Assembly (NCBI GenBank): GCA_963702205.1
Contig: OY969724.1
Location: 1,376,001 to 1,440,000 of the forward strand
Length of the DNA stretch: 64,000 bases
Source of the DNA: an uncultured candidate division Zixibacteria bacterium
GTDB lineage: Bacteria; Zixibacteria; MSB-5A5; GN15; PGXB01
Direction of reading: 5' to 3'
The notes beneath the pieces are model-generated. The model saw only the letters and a program-made list of their open reading frames with translations. It had not been told where the DNA came from and ran no database searches. This document shows, one piece after another, positions 21,760 to 32,462 of the stretch (positions within the stretch are counted from its first letter, which is position 1; every line of letters starts with the position of its first letter). A program made the translations under genes and the position numbers.

Positions 21760-23049
21760 TTGAACTGGACAAATCCATTCGTCGGGCTGATACCGGAATT
21801 CAGAAATGACAGCGGCAAAAACCTGTTTCAAAACATCCTGTCGCTATCGTTTCTTCAGATTTCCAATTACATCATTCCGCTGATAATATTGCCGTACCTG
21901 ATCCGCGTCATTGGTGTCGAAAAGTACGGCCTGATCGTCTTTGCCCAGGCCATAATGCAGTATTTTGTCATTCTGACCGACTACGGCTTTAATCTGTCGG
22001 CGACAAGGGAAATCTCGGCCAGCCGGGATGATATTGCAAAGGTGTCTGAAATCTTCTGGTCGGTCTCGATAATTAAATTCGTGCTGACACTTCTGGCCTT
22101 CGGAATTTTAATTTTGCTGATCTCTTTGACGACCAAGTTCGGCGACAATACGATTCTTTATTATTACACTTTCGGCATTGTCATCGGCAACCTGCTTTTT
22201 CCGGTCTGGCTTTTTCAGGGTTTGGAAAAGATGAAGCATTCGACCGCGCTATATCTCATCGGGAAAATATTTTATCTGATAACTTTATTCGTATTCGTGC
22301 GGGAGGCGTCGGATTATCTCAACGCCCCGCTTCTTTATTCGGCGGGCCTGGTGCTCTCAGGTTTGATAGCTCTGGTCATAATTTTCGCCAGGTTCCAGCT
22401 GCGGTTGGTTGTCCCACCTATCGCCACAATAAAATATTATTTTAAAGACAGTACACAATTCTTCCTGTCCCAGGTTTCGGTTTCGTTGTATACGACTCTC
22501 AATACGGTCGTGCTCGGCTTCTTCACGACCAACGAGATAGTCGGCTTCTACGCCGCGGCCGAGAAAGTCTTTATCGCCATGCGTTCGGCCATGGCGCCGA
22601 TTGCGCGGGCGGTATATCCGTACATGACCAGCAGGCGAAATCTCAAGCTCTTCAAAAAAATATATTATATTACGTTAATGTTCGCGGTGTTAATCGGAGC
22701 CGGAATTTTTCTGACCAGCGGCGTTATAGTACGTATCGTTTTCGGACCGGGGATGGAGACGTCGGCCTCGGTCCTGAGAGTTTTTTCGATACTTCTGCCG
22801 TTGGCCGCCACGTCGATTTTGCTCGGGTTTCCATTTCTGGCGGCAGTAGGATACAAAAAAGAGGTGAATTCCCTGCTAATTATCGCGTCCGTGATACATA
22901 TTGCTTTAATAGCTTCGATTCTCCCCATTATCGATCCGATCAATGTGGCGCTGGTTTCTTTGGTTACCGAAACAGCCGTGGTTTCGATGATAGTCCGGCA
23001 AATCAGGAAACATAGCCTGTGGCATTCCATACCGGAAACGGGCCAATAA
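21760..23049 (+). CDS. wzx: Wzx-type polysaccharide flippase (start uncertain)
   Basis: PLIILPYLIRVIG.EKYG, DYGFNLSATR, WLFQGLEKM, many TM helices. Confidence 0.85.
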   Translation: MNWTNPFVGLIPEFRNDSGKNLFQNILSLSFLQISNYIIPLIILPYLIRVIGVEKYGLIVFAQAIMQYFVILTDYGFNLSATREISASRDDIAKVSEIFWSVSIIKFVLTLLAFGILILLISLTTKFGDNTILYYYTFGIVIGNLLFPVWLFQGLEKMKHSTALYLIGKIFYLITLFVFVREASDYLNAPLLYSAGLVLSGLIALVIIFARFQLRLVVPPIATIKYYFKDSTQFFLSQVSVSLYTTLNTVVLGFFTTNEIVGFYAAAEKVFIAMRSAMAPIARAVYPYMTSRRNLKLFKKIYYITLMFAVLIGAGIFLTSGVIVRIVFGPGMETSASVLRVFSILLPLAATSILLGFPFLAAVGYKKEVNSLLIIASVIHIALIASILPIIDPINVALVSLVTETAVVSMIVRQIRKHSLWHSIPETGQ

Positions 23050-24225
23050 ATGAAGCAGCTTCCCAAAGTCTTCATAATATTCCTTTCGGTTGACTGGAAC
23101 CAGTTCAATCGCCGTGAGATGGTCAAGGCGCTAGCCGACACCGTCGCACCGCACAAGGTCACCGTCATTGCGGTCAATCGGCCGCTTTGTCCGTTCACGA
23201 CGTTTATCAAAAAAAGACATCGCATAAGAGAGCTATTCACCCCGGCAAAGATGGAACGACTTAGCGATAATTTGATTCTTTACAGTCCCAGGTATTTCCT
23301 GCACGACCACGTCGCCGGAAGATTCGGATTTTTGGAAAATCTCAATATAATGGCACTACGAAAATCTTTCGGGGGACTGTTCCGGCGATTGAGTATCAAA
23401 AACTCGCGACCGGTTGTATGGTACTATTACCCTCAGCAGGGATATATCCGGAAAATATTCCGACAGTGTTTTGTCATTTATGAAATGTATGATGCTCTGG
23501 TCGATCTCAAAGGTCGTGCCATTCCGCGGCTGAACACTCTTGAAAAAGCCCTGAGTACCCACGTGGATCTCTTTTTGGCGGAGATTGATTTTATATTTAA
23601 TAGGTATGCCGCCGGGTATAAGAATTCGTGCCTGTTCGGCAATGGACTATCACGAATGACCTTTGAATCTTTGAAACAAATTCCTGCAAGAAAGCGCTCT
23701 GAATACGACCGGCCGCAAATCGGCTACGCCGGGATGGTGTCCGACCGGATCGCCTGGGATTTAATCAGAGAGATAGCCCGGCAAAAGCCCGGCTGGGATT
23801 TCATATTTCACGGTCTTATCGCCGACAGACGTATACCGGGTAGATTCAAGGATATTGACAATATAAAATTTGCTGGCTTATTTACTCAGGGCGATTTGCC
23901 GGCAATATTAGGTAAATTCGACCTCGGAATTTTGCCCTATACTGAAATTGAATTACATACACATATCCATCCCCTGAAATTTTTCGAGTACGCCGCCGCC
24001 GGACTTCCGATCGTTTCATCCTTAAATGACGAACTCAAAGATTTCTCCGGCAAATTGATCCAGATGCCGGCATATGATGCATCAAGCTGGATTGTGGCAA
24101 TTGAGCGGCAGTTATCATCCGACCGCACTGTCCTAAAAAGCATCGGGGTTAAAATTGCCGAGCAGTACGTCTGGGATAACTTGTGCGAGAAATTGATCGA
24201 GAAAATTTCCGAGTTGTGCCGGTGA
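23050..24225 (+). CDS. GT-B glycosyltransferase (GT4/TuaH-like)
   Basis: IGYAG, PLKFFEYAAAGLPIVS. Confidence 0.8.
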   Translation: MKQLPKVFIIFLSVDWNQFNRREMVKALADTVAPHKVTVIAVNRPLCPFTTFIKKRHRIRELFTPAKMERLSDNLILYSPRYFLHDHVAGRFGFLENLNIMALRKSFGGLFRRLSIKNSRPVVWYYYPQQGYIRKIFRQCFVIYEMYDALVDLKGRAIPRLNTLEKALSTHVDLFLAEIDFIFNRYAAGYKNSCLFGNGLSRMTFESLKQIPARKRSEYDRPQIGYAGMVSDRIAWDLIREIARQKPGWDFIFHGLIADRRIPGRFKDIDNIKFAGLFTQGDLPAILGKFDLGILPYTEIELHTHIHPLKFFEYAAAGLPIVSSLNDELKDFSGKLIQMPAYDASSWIVAIERQLSSDRTVLKSIGVKIAEQYVWDNLCEKLIEKISELCR

Positions 24226-24368
24226 AATTCAATAATCTGACTGTCATGGATTATCTTTTATTGCCATCAGACGGATAATATCAGGGAGTTGGTACTCGAT
24301 TACTGACGTATGTATATACAGAAAAAACCGGCACACGGGTGCGTTTTTAAATCCAAAATACCATACAA

Positions 24369-24525
24369 TGTCATTCCCGACTTGATCGGGAATCCATCTT
24401 AATTTAATGATCGTCAGACGCCCCTCATCTGACGGCTTTATGGTGATTATTAATACGCTTTGGGGAACCTCCGCCCGACAGCATGCCCAAAATGCCACAA
24501 GCGTCAGGAAGGGATTCCCGACGCC
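24369..24525. repeat. Cluster of REP-like hairpins
   Basis: GTCATTCCCGAC..TCGGGAATCC; CGTCAGACGCCCCTCATCTGACG (related to 39826-39850); GCGTCAGGAA..TTCCCGACGC. Confidence 0.55.
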
Positions 24526-24609
24526 GCTGTAAATTGGATTATTCATCCTATTGTTTCGGTGCCAACCGTCAATTCGATTTGATAGCCACAACATACTCAC
24601 TCACCCGCT

Positions 24610-24681
24610 GGGTGAGCTACAAGATAGGGGTGAGCTACAAGATAAGGGTGAGCTACAAGATAGGGATGAGCAACAAGATAA
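24610..24681. repeat. Tandem repeat 4 x 18 bp (GGGTGAGCTACAAGATAR)
   Basis: Units at 24610, 24628, 24646, 24664 (last is degenerate). Confidence 0.9.
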
Positions 24682-24704
24682 GGCCTTTTATAAAGTGCCG
24701 TCAA

Positions 24705-26858
24705 TTAATCTTCGTCGTCATCGTCCGGCGTCGGGGCGGCATCAGGGTCACCGACCTGCATGCGCAGCGCGATTTGCCCATTCAATATGACATCGACCCG
24801 TCTCAGTTGCGGCATGTCCGTGCCATTTTCGACGCCCGCTTCCCTTGCCTGAGATTCACCGTAACCGAACAGGCGATATGACCCGCCATTGGCATCGTCG
24901 TTTACTCTTTCAACGGGAATCGCCAGGCGTTCACCGACAATGTCGAGAATGGTTTGACCGATAAACTGACTCCGCCGCATCGATAAAATATGATTGTGGT
25001 ATCGCGAACCGATCCGGCTGGTAAAACCTTCGATGCGAAGATGAGAATGCGGTGCCTGCAAAAACGCCAGGTTTTTGGCCAGGCAGCAGCCGAGCCTGGT
25101 GCGGCCGTCGGTGAGCGATTGGTCGTCATTCGGCGGTATAAAAACGGGTTGGTTGAATTCGAAAGAGTTCTGGGACATATCATTGGCGTGAGCGACCACC
25201 GAACTGAGCGGGTTAAGGTCGTCCGTGTGAGTTTGATGGCCGTAGTGCGCTCCGGGATGAAAAATGTACCCCTTGAAATATTTGAAATTGACGCCGGCGG
25301 CGATGTCTATGTCGGGCACCCAGCCCGATGGGTCTTCCATTTCGACAATCAAAGGAGGCAGTTCCCCCGAACCAGAGAAGGTAATGGCGTTGCCTTCCCA
25401 TTTCTGTTCCGCGATTCCGAACGGAAATTTAAGTGCCGCCTCGGACGAAAATATTTCGAACCATCCGGGGAAATTGCCCCATGACCACAGGCGCGTCGTG
25501 TGCAGCTTGAATTCGGTGGAATCTCCGGGAACCGGGAGCTCCACGTGGGAGTCGCCGATCTCGATACCGAACAGACCCATGATGCCATCGAATGTAGCGG
25601 TCGCCGTATCGTTTGCTCCATCCAATACCCAGTGCTTGTCCCGGCTGACACAGCGGGTCATGCGCAGATGAAAGAGCCGTCCGCCGATTTTTATGGGAAG
25701 TGGCAGCTTGTCCGTGGAAAGTTCTCCATACGTCATGCGGCAACGGTATTCATAACGGTGAAGATGCTCGGGCAGTACAGGCGGTCCGAACATTTGCCGG
25801 AATTCACGGAACTGCTCGTACTCTCGGCCGCCGGTGTCCATTGTCTCGGCGATATTGTACAGTGCCTCTATAATCGTATGCCGGTCTCCGTCGATCATGA
25901 CGGTCTCTTTCTCCAGCGCGCTGAGAAGATATGCTTTTATCAGAGGAACCTGTGCTTCGCGAAACGGAATACCGCAATGGCACCGCTCGAGCCGGTTGGT
26001 CATGTCCAGACTGCCGCACTGGCATCCGGGCTCCATCAGGGGGATACGTCTGACGGATATAATCTGGCTCATGAAATGGAGCAGGTTGGCGGCCGAGACC
26101 ATCCTTTCGATGCGGCTGCTGCCGTGCGGAATTTGTTTCACCCGGCGCGCGATCGTGTTGTTGACCAGATCGCGCAAAGCCCGTATCTGGTCGGAGCGCA
26201 GCGGCTGTTCCTCGGCCAGACGAATCATCTCCATATCGTTGCTCCGGGCGTCGAGCACCCAGTCGGGCAGACGCGGTTCCCCGGCGCCGCCCATCGAAAC
26301 TTTGGTCAACTTCATGCTGTCGAACCTGATAGGTACAAGACCGGTTGACGTATACTGTCGGTCCAGGTGAATATATGCTATAAGGGCGTTTCGAATTTCA
26401 AGACGACCGGCGATAGTGCGAAATCTTCGTCTCCGGCCGTCGGTGTCGAACCGTACAGCAATATGGCCGCTGCCGTCGGCGTGCCCGTGAAAATCCCCCA
26501 TAACGGCTGCGCTTGTTTGCATAACCTCAACCCCGAGCACGGTCGCAGCGTAGACCGGATCGACCTGAAACCAGCCGTAAACATAATTCCCCGTCTGGTT
26601 TATCTGGGCGGTTAATTGAGGGTAACGGCCGGACTCACGGTCGGTCCAGCAATTTTCAAAACGCCCGGTCAGGTTTGGGACCTGGTCGTCCGGATGGGAC
26701 GGCGGATCTTCGGTCAGATGGCTGCGGCTGCACGAATTGAATTCGATTCTCTCGCCCGAGCGGCCGCGCAAGCGCACGCCGATGCCGCGCATTTCGTCGG
26801 TGATCTCCACGTGCAGGGTCCGATCATCGCTGCTATATTCATAATCGACTTCGTACAT
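24705..26858 (-). CDS. Large hypothetical protein with C-terminal OmpA-like peptidoglycan-binding domain
   Basis: LRIEGFTSRIG..YHNHILSMRRS..GYGE..RRVDV; TAATG overlap with the upstream gene. Confidence 0.7.
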   Translation of the reverse strand: MYEVDYEYSSDDRTLHVEITDEMRGIGVRLRGRSGERIEFNSCSRSHLTEDPPSHPDDQVPNLTGRFENCWTDRESGRYPQLTAQINQTGNYVYGWFQVDPVYAATVLGVEVMQTSAAVMGDFHGHADGSGHIAVRFDTDGRRRRFRTIAGRLEIRNALIAYIHLDRQYTSTGLVPIRFDSMKLTKVSMGGAGEPRLPDWVLDARSNDMEMIRLAEEQPLRSDQIRALRDLVNNTIARRVKQIPHGSSRIERMVSAANLLHFMSQIISVRRIPLMEPGCQCGSLDMTNRLERCHCGIPFREAQVPLIKAYLLSALEKETVMIDGDRHTIIEALYNIAETMDTGGREYEQFREFRQMFGPPVLPEHLHRYEYRCRMTYGELSTDKLPLPIKIGGRLFHLRMTRCVSRDKHWVLDGANDTATATFDGIMGLFGIEIGDSHVELPVPGDSTEFKLHTTRLWSWGNFPGWFEIFSSEAALKFPFGIAEQKWEGNAITFSGSGELPPLIVEMEDPSGWVPDIDIAAGVNFKYFKGYIFHPGAHYGHQTHTDDLNPLSSVVAHANDMSQNSFEFNQPVFIPPNDDQSLTDGRTRLGCCLAKNLAFLQAPHSHLRIEGFTSRIGSRYHNHILSMRRSQFIGQTILDIVGERLAIPVERVNDDANGGSYRLFGYGESQAREAGVENGTDMPQLRRVDVILNGQIALRMQVGDPDAAPTPDDDDED

Positions 26859-27764
26859 TATCCTGAGTCCGAATCATCGTTTTCGTTTTCATCCGGCACG
26901 ATTTGAAAGTCATACGGTCCGGGAGGGATATCGTCCAACCGGACAAGGCCGGTATCGTCGAGTTTGCCTTCTTTTGTGGATCCGTCGGCGAGAAAGATTT
27001 TATACTTTTGTCCCCCCGCCGGATTGCCTTGATCGTCGAACCCGATCAGTTCGATCCAGTCCTTGAACTGCAGCAAACCCGAGGCCTGGTCGGATTTGCC
27101 GAATTCCTGGCCCTCGATGGTGATCGTAAAGAAATACTCAGGCGGATTATAACCTTTGCCGTACTGCTGACGCTCCTGCTCGGTTGCGATTTCATCGGTG
27201 TCCTCGAAATATTGATACTCCCATTCGACCTTGATTTTACCGTTTTCGACGGTCGAGATCATCTCGGTAATCAGATCGCAAGCGCCATCGCGATCGAATT
27301 CATAGATTTTGACGACGGCATCGGTGGCATCGGGGATATTCTTTACTTTCGCCGAAAGGGCGACCAGTTCACCCCGTCGGGCCGTATCGGAACTCCATTT
27401 CATTTCGGATATTCTGATTGGCAGGATCGCCGGAATCCGGTCCGATTCCCCAGACAGACCCTGCTTCGATAATTTTACTTCAAAATAAATTTGATCTCCG
27501 TCGTCGACGTCATCGGGGACGTCGAATTCGCCGACCGCCCGGTTGGATGTGATCTTTATTTCAAGGCTGCCCAGCTTTTTGCCGTTGGCGTTTTTCACTT
27601 TTATTTTGGCCGGAGAGCCGTAACCGACCAGGCTGGTTCCTATTTCAAATGAAATTTTTCCGCCGGCGGGCGCGGTTCCTGAGACCCAGTTGGCGTAAAG
27701 CAGGTGCGAGTCGAGCGTTACCTTATGTTCGGCATCGGTCGATTTAGAGACTTGTACCTGACAC
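26858..27764 (-). CDS. Hypothetical protein with C-terminal transthyretin-like domain of the type found on VgrG/PAAR extensions; probable indel near start
   Basis: WIELIGFDDQGNP..KYKIFLADGSTKEGKLDDTGLVRLDDIPPG; the RBS GAAGGAA + GTG (27764) is out of frame with the long ORF (to 27844). Confidence 0.6.
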
Positions 27765-27961
27765 TTACTAATTCCTTCTTGGTCGGTACGATTTGATACG
27801 ATCCCGATCCCTTTATATTTTCTAGAAATGCAAACATATACCAAATTGGTACATCTTTATGCCAGATATACGGAATCGATCTAATGGTCATTTGTCCGGA
27901 ATTGAAATCCACAATTGAGAAAACCGTAATTCGGGCCGGTTTTTCATCTTCTTTATATCAA

Positions 27962-27990
27962 TTGACAGTCGTGATATTCCTTAGTAGATT
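27962..27990 (+). promoter_or_regulatory. sigma70-type promoter, nearly leaderless pgsA
   Basis: TTGACA-N17-TAGATT, 9 nt before the ATG. Confidence 0.6.
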
Positions 27991-27999
27991 CCGCCTGTC

Positions 28000-28584
28000 A
28001 TGAATATGCCCAATAAACTGACCCTGACCAGGATTATTCTGGCCCCGGTGTTTATGACCTTCTTCCTGGCCGAAAATCCATACAGCCGGGTATTCGGCTG
28101 TATCCTCTATTTTATTGCGGCCCTTACTGATCTGGCCGACGGCCATTATGCCCGCAAATACGGGATCGTAACCGGTTTCGGCAAATTCATGGACCCGCTG
28201 GCCGACAAAATCCTGGTGGCGTCGGCCTTTATCGCGCTCGTTTCACTTCATTACGCCCGGGCCTGGATGGTTATGCTGATCGTTTCGCGGGAGTTCTTTG
28301 TAACCGGCCTGCGAATGCTGGCGGCTTACAAGGGACGAGTCATCTCACCGACCTTTCTGGCCAAGATCAAGACCGTGATGCAGATGGTCACGATCACGAT
28401 TATCCTGCTGGTTATCACATTCGACGTGCTCTTTCGCCAGTTCCCGAGCCCGCTGGCGGCCGTGCTCGATTTCAATCAGCAGCTGACATTCGATATTTTG
28501 ATGGGTGCGACGACATTTATCACCCTGTATACCGGGGTGGATTATATGATAAAATATTATGGTTTGATGAAAAGCTCGCTGTAA
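28000..28584 (+). CDS. pgsA: PGP synthase
   Basis: PNKLTLTR, DLADGHYAR...GKFMDPLADK. Confidence 0.93.
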   Translation: MNMPNKLTLTRIILAPVFMTFFLAENPYSRVFGCILYFIAALTDLADGHYARKYGIVTGFGKFMDPLADKILVASAFIALVSLHYARAWMVMLIVSREFFVTGLRMLAAYKGRVISPTFLAKIKTVMQMVTITIILLVITFDVLFRQFPSPLAAVLDFNQQLTFDILMGATTFITLYTGVDYMIKYYGLMKSSL

Positions 28585-29046
28585 ATGAGATTTAAAGACG
28601 CTGTCATAAAATTTCTGGCCACGGGTTTTTATTCGGGATGCAGCCCGATTGTCCCCGGGACGACCGGCACCATCCCGGCCTGGCTGATCGCCTTTTTTCT
28701 GATCCGGGGCAATACTATGATCCTCGGCATAACGGCGGCGGTTATGACGCTTCTATCGGTGATAATCGCCTCAATTGCCGAGGGTATTCTGGGACACGAT
28801 TCCAAAAAAATAGTAGTCGATGAATGGGCCGGGATGTTTATAACGCTTTTGTTCGTGCCCTACAGCCTGACCAATTACATGATCGCTTTCGTGGCGTTTC
28901 GGGGATTCGATGCCATCAAGGTTTACCCCGCCGATATAGCCGAAAGACTTCCGAGAGGCTGGGGAGTGACGGCCGACGACGTCGTCGCGGGAATACAGGC
29001 CAACATTCTGACTTACATAGTAATTTATATTTTAAGTGTGCTATAA
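28585..29046 (+). CDS. pgpA: Phosphatidylglycerophosphatase A
   Basis: PGTTGT, IVVDEWAG, FRGFDAIK, DDVVAG. Confidence 0.92.
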   Translation: MRFKDAVIKFLATGFYSGCSPIVPGTTGTIPAWLIAFFLIRGNTMILGITAAVMTLLSVIIASIAEGILGHDSKKIVVDEWAGMFITLLFVPYSLTNYMIAFVAFRGFDAIKVYPADIAERLPRGWGVTADDVVAGIQANILTYIVIYILSVL

Positions 29047-29073
29047 ATTCGGAGATTGTATAATTATTTAGTT

Positions 29074-30315
29074 ATGGTAGTTGAACTTATATCAATAGGC
29101 GATGAAATCATAACCGGGCATACGGTCGATACCAATTCCGTGTATATTGCCCGACGACTGGCCGATATCGGCTTGTCGGTCCGCTATAAATCGGCGGTTG
29201 GCGATGATCTGAAAAGCATGGAAGAGGTCTTTTATCAGGCCCTGAAACGCGCCGACCTTATAATCACAACGGGTGGTCTGGGACCGACCGACGACGATAT
29301 AACCAAAAAGGTCATTGTCAAAGTTTTCAAGCGCAACCTGGTTTTTCATGAAGACATTCTGGAGGATATAAAAAGCCGCTACGCCAAACGTGGAATCAAG
29401 ATGCCCTCGATCAATCAAAACCAGGCTCTTTTGCCGCAGGGGGCCAATTATCTGCCGAATAAATTTGGTTCGGCGGTCGGGATTATGATTACCGAGGAAG
29501 GCAAAATATTCGTTTCTTTACCCGGTGTGCCCCGCGAGATGATGCAGATTATCGACGATGAACTCATTCCGCTGTTGCAGGCGCGCTCCAAGCAGGAGCA
29601 ATTGAGCATAATCAAACTACGGACGACCGGGATTTTCGAATCGGCTTTGGCGGAGCTGATTGTGCCGGAAATAAAGCTGCCCGAATCGGTCCGTCTGGCT
29701 TATCTACCGTCGTACAGCGGTGTCGATCTCAGGATTATTTCATCCGGTCCGACGCGCGAAGTGGCCGATGAAAACGCCGAAAAGGTCGCGTCAGTTTTAC
29801 GTAAGACGGCCGGTAAATTCATCTACGGTGAGGGAAATGTCACCCTTGAAGCCGTCATCGGCGATCTGCTGAAAAAGCGCGAACGGACTCTCGCCACGGC
29901 GGAATCGTGCACGGCCGGTCTTCTGGCCGGACAGATTACGTCGGTGCCCGGCTCGTCGGCTTATTTTGATCGCGGCGCGATAACGTATTCCAATAAATCA
30001 AAAACTGAGCTTCTGGATGTTCCTGCTGAGATGATTGAAGAATTCGGAGCCGTCTCCAATCAAGTCGCCGAAGCGATGGCTAAGGGGTTGATCAACAAGT
30101 ACGCCGTCGATTACGGGGTCGCTATAACCGGTATTGCCGGGCCCGACGGGGGCACCGAAGAAAAACCGGTCGGGACGGTGTTCATCGCGGTAGCCTCGAA
30201 AGAGATGGTTCATTCTCGCTTGTTTAATTTTGGTAAGGACCGGGAGATGAACCGGGGCCGCTCGGTTTACGCCGCGCTGGAGATGCTTCGCCGGACCATT
30301 CTGGAGATTTCCTGA
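29074..30315 (+). CDS. cinA: CinA (MocF + NMN deamidase)
   Basis: IGDEI..G.TVDTN, GGLGPTDDD, AESCTAG, TGIAGPDGG. Confidence 0.93.
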   Translation: MVVELISIGDEIITGHTVDTNSVYIARRLADIGLSVRYKSAVGDDLKSMEEVFYQALKRADLIITTGGLGPTDDDITKKVIVKVFKRNLVFHEDILEDIKSRYAKRGIKMPSINQNQALLPQGANYLPNKFGSAVGIMITEEGKIFVSLPGVPREMMQIIDDELIPLLQARSKQEQLSIIKLRTTGIFESALAELIVPEIKLPESVRLAYLPSYSGVDLRIISSGPTREVADENAEKVASVLRKTAGKFIYGEGNVTLEAVIGDLLKKRERTLATAESCTAGLLAGQITSVPGSSAYFDRGAITYSNKSKTELLDVPAEMIEEFGAVSNQVAEAMAKGLINKYAVDYGVAITGIAGPDGGTEEKPVGTVFIAVASKEMVHSRLFNFGKDREMNRGRSVYAALEMLRRTILEIS

Positions 30316-30872
30316 TGCGTCTGTTTGTCGCTTTGCCTCTGCCTGAGAAGGTCGAAAATTTACTTGGTAATATTATTGGTGAACTGAGGCCCCTATCGCG
30401 GGCAGTTAAATGGGTTAATTCTGATATTATCCATCTGACAGTCAAATTCCTGGGTGAGACGAAACCGGAACTGGTCGAACCGATAAAAAACGCGCTCGAC
30501 CGGGTTGGGCCGGATTATTCGACCGTGGAATGTTCGATTGATAGTCTGGGCGCCTTCCCGAATTTGAAACGTCCCCGTGTTTTCTGGGCCGGACTGGCCG
30601 GTCAAAAAGATATTCTCGAAAAGCTGGCCAAGCACGTCGATCTGGAAATGAACGCTCTGGGGTTTGAAAAGGAAGACCGCGCTTTTAGGGCGCATCTTAC
30701 ACTCGGCCGGGTCAAGCAGGATGGCCAAATGTCCGACCTTTGCCGGGCAGTGGAAAATTATAAATTGATCCCGGAGCCTTTATTGTTTAACGAAATTATC
30801 CTGTTCAAATCGACCCTGACCCCGCGCGGACCAATTTATGAGGCTCTTCACCGCGTGCCCTTAATGCCATAA
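30315..30872 (+). CDS. thpR: RNA 2',3'-cyclic phosphodiesterase (2H family)
   Basis: HLTVKFLG and HLTLGR. Confidence 0.92.
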   Translation: MRLFVALPLPEKVENLLGNIIGELRPLSRAVKWVNSDIIHLTVKFLGETKPELVEPIKNALDRVGPDYSTVECSIDSLGAFPNLKRPRVFWAGLAGQKDILEKLAKHVDLEMNALGFEKEDRAFRAHLTLGRVKQDGQMSDLCRAVENYKLIPEPLLFNEIILFKSTLTPRGPIYEALHRVPLMP

Positions 30873-30903
30873 TTTTTATTTATATGGGTATTGGAAAATC
30901 TTA

Positions 30904-31003
30904 GTCGGTCGGCTTCCTGAATCCCGATATACGGGACGCAGAAAGCCGACATCGTGTTGTTGGGTTTCTCGTTGCGCTTTGCTTCACTCGGAACCCGACC
31001 TAC
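30904..31003. repeat. REP doublet (GTAGGTCGGGTT family, reverse orientation)
   Basis: Reverse complement closely matches 7778-7876. Confidence 0.8.
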
Positions 31004-31005
31004 AA

Positions 31006-31172
31006 GGGCTTGTTGAAAAAGTGGTGCCAATATGTTCCGTCAGGTGCTGATCCCGACGAAGTTGGGATTGACACCGGCCTCTTAAGCTTCAGTGACTTAC
31101 AATGCGGTCAGTTCGCACCCCCCGATAAATCGGGACGCAGGATCTTACCGAACAGGCTTTTTCAACAAGCCC
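31006..31172. mobile_element. MITE (TIR GGGCTTGTTGAAAAAG)
   Basis: TIRs; ACAA duplicated; interior homologous to 21390-21560. Confidence 0.85.
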
Positions 31173-31305
31173 ACAACGCTGGGTGCTTAGATTTCCGCTA
31201 TAATTGGCGATTTTTACTGACGGCGCCTGTCAGGGCCGTATTTTATTGTGTATTCGAAAAAGTGATAGTAAGTTTTGAATAATTTTAATAAAATGAATCA
31301 CTGCC

Positions 31306-31319
31306 TGTTTAAATGAACA
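31306..31319 (+). promoter_or_regulatory. Candidate LexA (SOS) box
   Basis: TGTTT-AAAT-GAACA palindrome just upstream of recA. Confidence 0.45.
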
Positions 31320-31347
31320 TTTGTAATTGAAATACAAGGAGAGCGAT

Positions 31348-32394
31348 ATGAGCATTGACAGTCCCGACCGGAAAAAAGCGCTGGAAAGCGCCCTTCATCA
31401 AATAGAGAAATCCTTCGGCAAGGGGGCCATAATGCGTCTCGGCGACGGCGTGGTTTTGCCGATCGAAGTGATCCCGACCGGGTCGATCGGCCTGGATTAC
31501 GCTCTCGGGGTTGGGGGCATACCGCGCGGACGAGTTGTGGAAATTTACGGGCCGGAAAGCTCGGGCAAGACCACTCTGGCGCTGCATTTTATCGCCGAAG
31601 CCCAGAAATGTGGCGGAATCGCGGCCTTTATCGATGCCGAACATGCCCTCGATGCCAAATACGCCAAAGCCCTGGGTGTCAAGGTCGACGACCTTTTGAT
31701 TTCGCAGCCGGACGCCGGGGAGCAGGCGCTCGACATTGCCGAGACGCTGGTCCGCTCGGGCGCAATCGACATTATCGTAATCGACTCGGTGGCGGCGCTG
31801 GTGCCGCGTGCGGAAATAGAAGGCGAGATGGGCGATTCGCATATGGGGCTTCAGGCCCGGTTGATGTCACAGGCGATGCGCAAACTTACGGCGGTCATAT
31901 CGAAGTCCAAGACGGCTGTGGTCTTTATTAACCAGATCCGAATGAAAATCGGCGTGATGTTCGGAAACCCCGAGACAACCACCGGCGGCAATGCTTTGAA
32001 ATTCTATTCCACCATCAGGCTCGACATACGCAAAATCGCCACGATCAAGGATAAAGAAGAAGTTGTCGGCAGCCGGACGAGAGTACGGGTCGTGAAGAAT
32101 AAAGTCGCCCCGCCGTTCCGTGAAGCCGAATTCGATATAACCTACGGCATCGGCATTTCCAAGACCGGAGAAATGCTCGACCTCGGCGAGAAATTCGACG
32201 TTGTTCAGAAATCGGGCGCGTGGTATAGCTATGGCAATGATCGGCTGGGGCAGGGTAGAGAGACGGCCAAGCGCTTTCTTGATGAGAACCGGGATATCTA
32301 CGATGAAATCTCGGTCAACCTGCGCGAGAAGCTGGGATTCGCAGCACTCAAGCCAGCGCCCGAAGAAGTGCCCGCTGAAGAAGCCAAGGCATAG
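31348..32394 (+). CDS. recA: Recombinase RecA
   Basis: [32 protein letters not shown]. Confidence 0.99.
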   Translation: MSIDSPDRKKALESALHQIEKSFGKGAIMRLGDGVVLPIEVIPTGSIGLDYALGVGGIPRGRVVEIYGPESSGKTTLALHFIAEAQKCGGIAAFIDAEHALDAKYAKALGVKVDDLLISQPDAGEQALDIAETLVRSGAIDIIVIDSVAALVPRAEIEGEMGDSHMGLQARLMSQAMRKLTAVISKSKTAVVFINQIRMKIGVMFGNPETTTGGNALKFYSTIRLDIRKIATIKDKEEVVGSRTRVRVVKNKVAPPFREAEFDITYGIGISKTGEMLDLGEKFDVVQKSGAWYSYGNDRLGQGRETAKRFLDENRDIYDEISVNLREKLGFAALKPAPEEVPAEEAKA

Positions 32395-32462
32395 TGTCGT
32401 TGGTTTCTAACAGTAGTGAATGAAAGTTCTGTCAGGGCCTGCTATAATTGAAAGCGCAGCCG

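Noticed and set aside
24610..24681. Possible CRISPR array
   Set aside because: Units are contiguous 18-mers with no unique spacers and no cas genes nearby.
27830..27843. sigma54-like TGGTAT..TTGC on the - strand
   Set aside because: GG-N9-GC spacing; sigma54 needs N10 (it would only hold if a base is missing from the assembly).
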